Origin: Octopus sinensis
Lineage: Eukaryota
Assembly (NCBI RefSeq): GCF_006345805.1
Contig: NC_043007.1
Span: forward strand, 67,146,001 to 67,210,000
Direction: 5' to 3'
Length of the DNA stretch: 64,000 nt
Shown: positions 62,700 through 64,000 of the stretch, in pieces
How the letters are laid out: the number at the start of each line of letters is the position of its first letter
How positions within the stretch are numbered: the first letter of the stretch is position 1
Notes under the pieces: generated by a model
The model's database searches: none
Told to the model about the DNA's origin: nothing
The model's input: only the letters and a program-made list of their open reading frames with translations
Position numbers and translations under genes: made by a program

Positions 62700-64000
62700 C
62701 AATTATATCAACCACAAAAATTTGGGTATAATGAGCTGCACCATACTCAGGATCATAGCATTATGTCTTGAAGTTATCAAGAGAATATTCATATTAGACA
62801 ATGAATGAACAATAAAACTGGATGATGTGCTTCTCCATGCACTGTATTCAGCGCCTGGGAAAAGGATACAAAAGCCAGAGGAAGAACGCCTTGCATAAGT
62901 ATGGTCAATCAAGAATGACATTAATATCAGTGAGCTAAACCAGATAGAGATAGAAACTACATGTACCTCAAACTATATCTTACATACATATATACTGCCT
63001 TATGTATGTATAAACAATCCAATGGGAACTACTTAATACCTCAATGCAGTCTATTTTGCTATTTTGAAAAGGTTTTGGCAACAAGAATCCATAATTTGTG
63101 TACCTGATATTCATGGTGTAACTGAAAAGATATCCTTGATTAGTCCTATTGCTTGACCAAGTTCATCAATATAAATGCATAGCTATTGCAGTTGTTTCTT
63201 CAAGTATTGCTGCCACACCACTCCTACACATTCTACTTTCAAACATTTACATTCAGAAATCATGCAACTGTTTGCAACACTGCCAAAAATTCAGGAACTG
63301 GAAAAGTTCTTAAGAGATACCAAATGATTATCTGAGATGAATAGACAATGACTTGCAAGGGAGTTCCGGAGACTGTGGGCAGGACATTGCAGGACTTATA
63401 TGACAATAGATCTCAAATGGCAGGAATAGTAATAGTATTGTCAATTAACTTCTGTCAGATCACAGTCATCGCTAACAGAATGAAAACCAATAAAATTCAC
63501 AGTTGCCTTAAATTGTCTTTTCTTTAAGGCAAATATAACATCTTCAAACTGCCTAAAAACACGAGTGCTAATATTTTTGGAGATGATCTGTTAGGTAATT
63601 TTGCCAAAAATTTGTTACAAGCTGAAGAGGGAAGATTTCTGTCTGGCAGTAATAGCACCAATAATCCAGTTCCAAATAAGTGGAATGGTTAAGATAGTAG
63701 ATGAATTTATACTGAAAGCATTCCTCAACCTGAAATTCTATTAAGTAACATACAAATGGTTGTGAGAAAAAATATGTTTGGGTGTTCGGTATTAACTGAC
63801 AGCTATTGCAGGTACTTCCAGGAAAAAGTCATACCTACAAAATCAAAAAACACCATTATAGATCAAGAAGAAAGAGTTCACTACACAGCAGAATTTTTGT
63901 ATTTAAACTTCAAGTCTACTGCCACACAGACCTCGACTACAAAAGGGATCCCCAGTAATGTTGCTACATAATACTGTATTTCAGCCATTGCTATTCAATG
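62700..64000 (+). mobile_element. Decayed Helitron Rep/PIF1-helicase coding remnant (runs off the window)
   Basis: Plus-strand remnants: degenerate Walker A (DIHGVTEKISLIS), IAIAVVSSSIAATPL, THSTFK, GKVLKRYQMII*DE*TM, RTLQDL, EERVHYTAEFL, LQKGSPVMLL. Left boundary approximate. Confidence 0.8.

Noticed and set aside
1-64000. CRISPR arrays, operons, intact tRNA genes or other prokaryote-type systems
   Set aside because: None seen; tandem repeats lack unique spacers and tRNA-like segments are SINE heads.

Overview
AT-rich, microsatellite- and retroposon-dense animal genomic DNA. The repeat landscape (tRNA-derived SINEs with internal CA/TA tracts, RTE tails ending in (TGA)n) looks like a coleoid cephalopod, most likely Octopus; this is inference, not a database result. 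The window lies inside one large minus-strand gene, the Ral GTPase-activating protein alpha subunit (RALGAPA1/2 co-ortholog). I traced 17 coding exons by hand from 48684 down to 2855, 2085 nt (695 codons) in one continuous frame with consistent splice phases. They cover the N-terminal part of the protein. The first coding exon was not found and is probably beyond 64000; the gene continues past position 1. Similarity to vertebrate RALGAPA1 is judged from recalled sequence, not a computed alignment. Introns hold SINEs, RTE and CR1-type LINE fragments, a Tc1-like element with DD36E spacing, mariner, piggyBac, hAT and pogo/Tc2-type MITEs, Helitron remnants and a 5S rRNA pseudogene. The most notable features are: (1) a near-perfect ~213-bp inverted repeat abutting a 3' splice site and enclosing three back-to-back hairpins; (2) a GC-AG intron overlapped by U12-like signals; (3) several frame-compatible candidate alternative exons, including a possible alternative first exon. 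I see no firm evidence of a wholly new biological system; these are leads.
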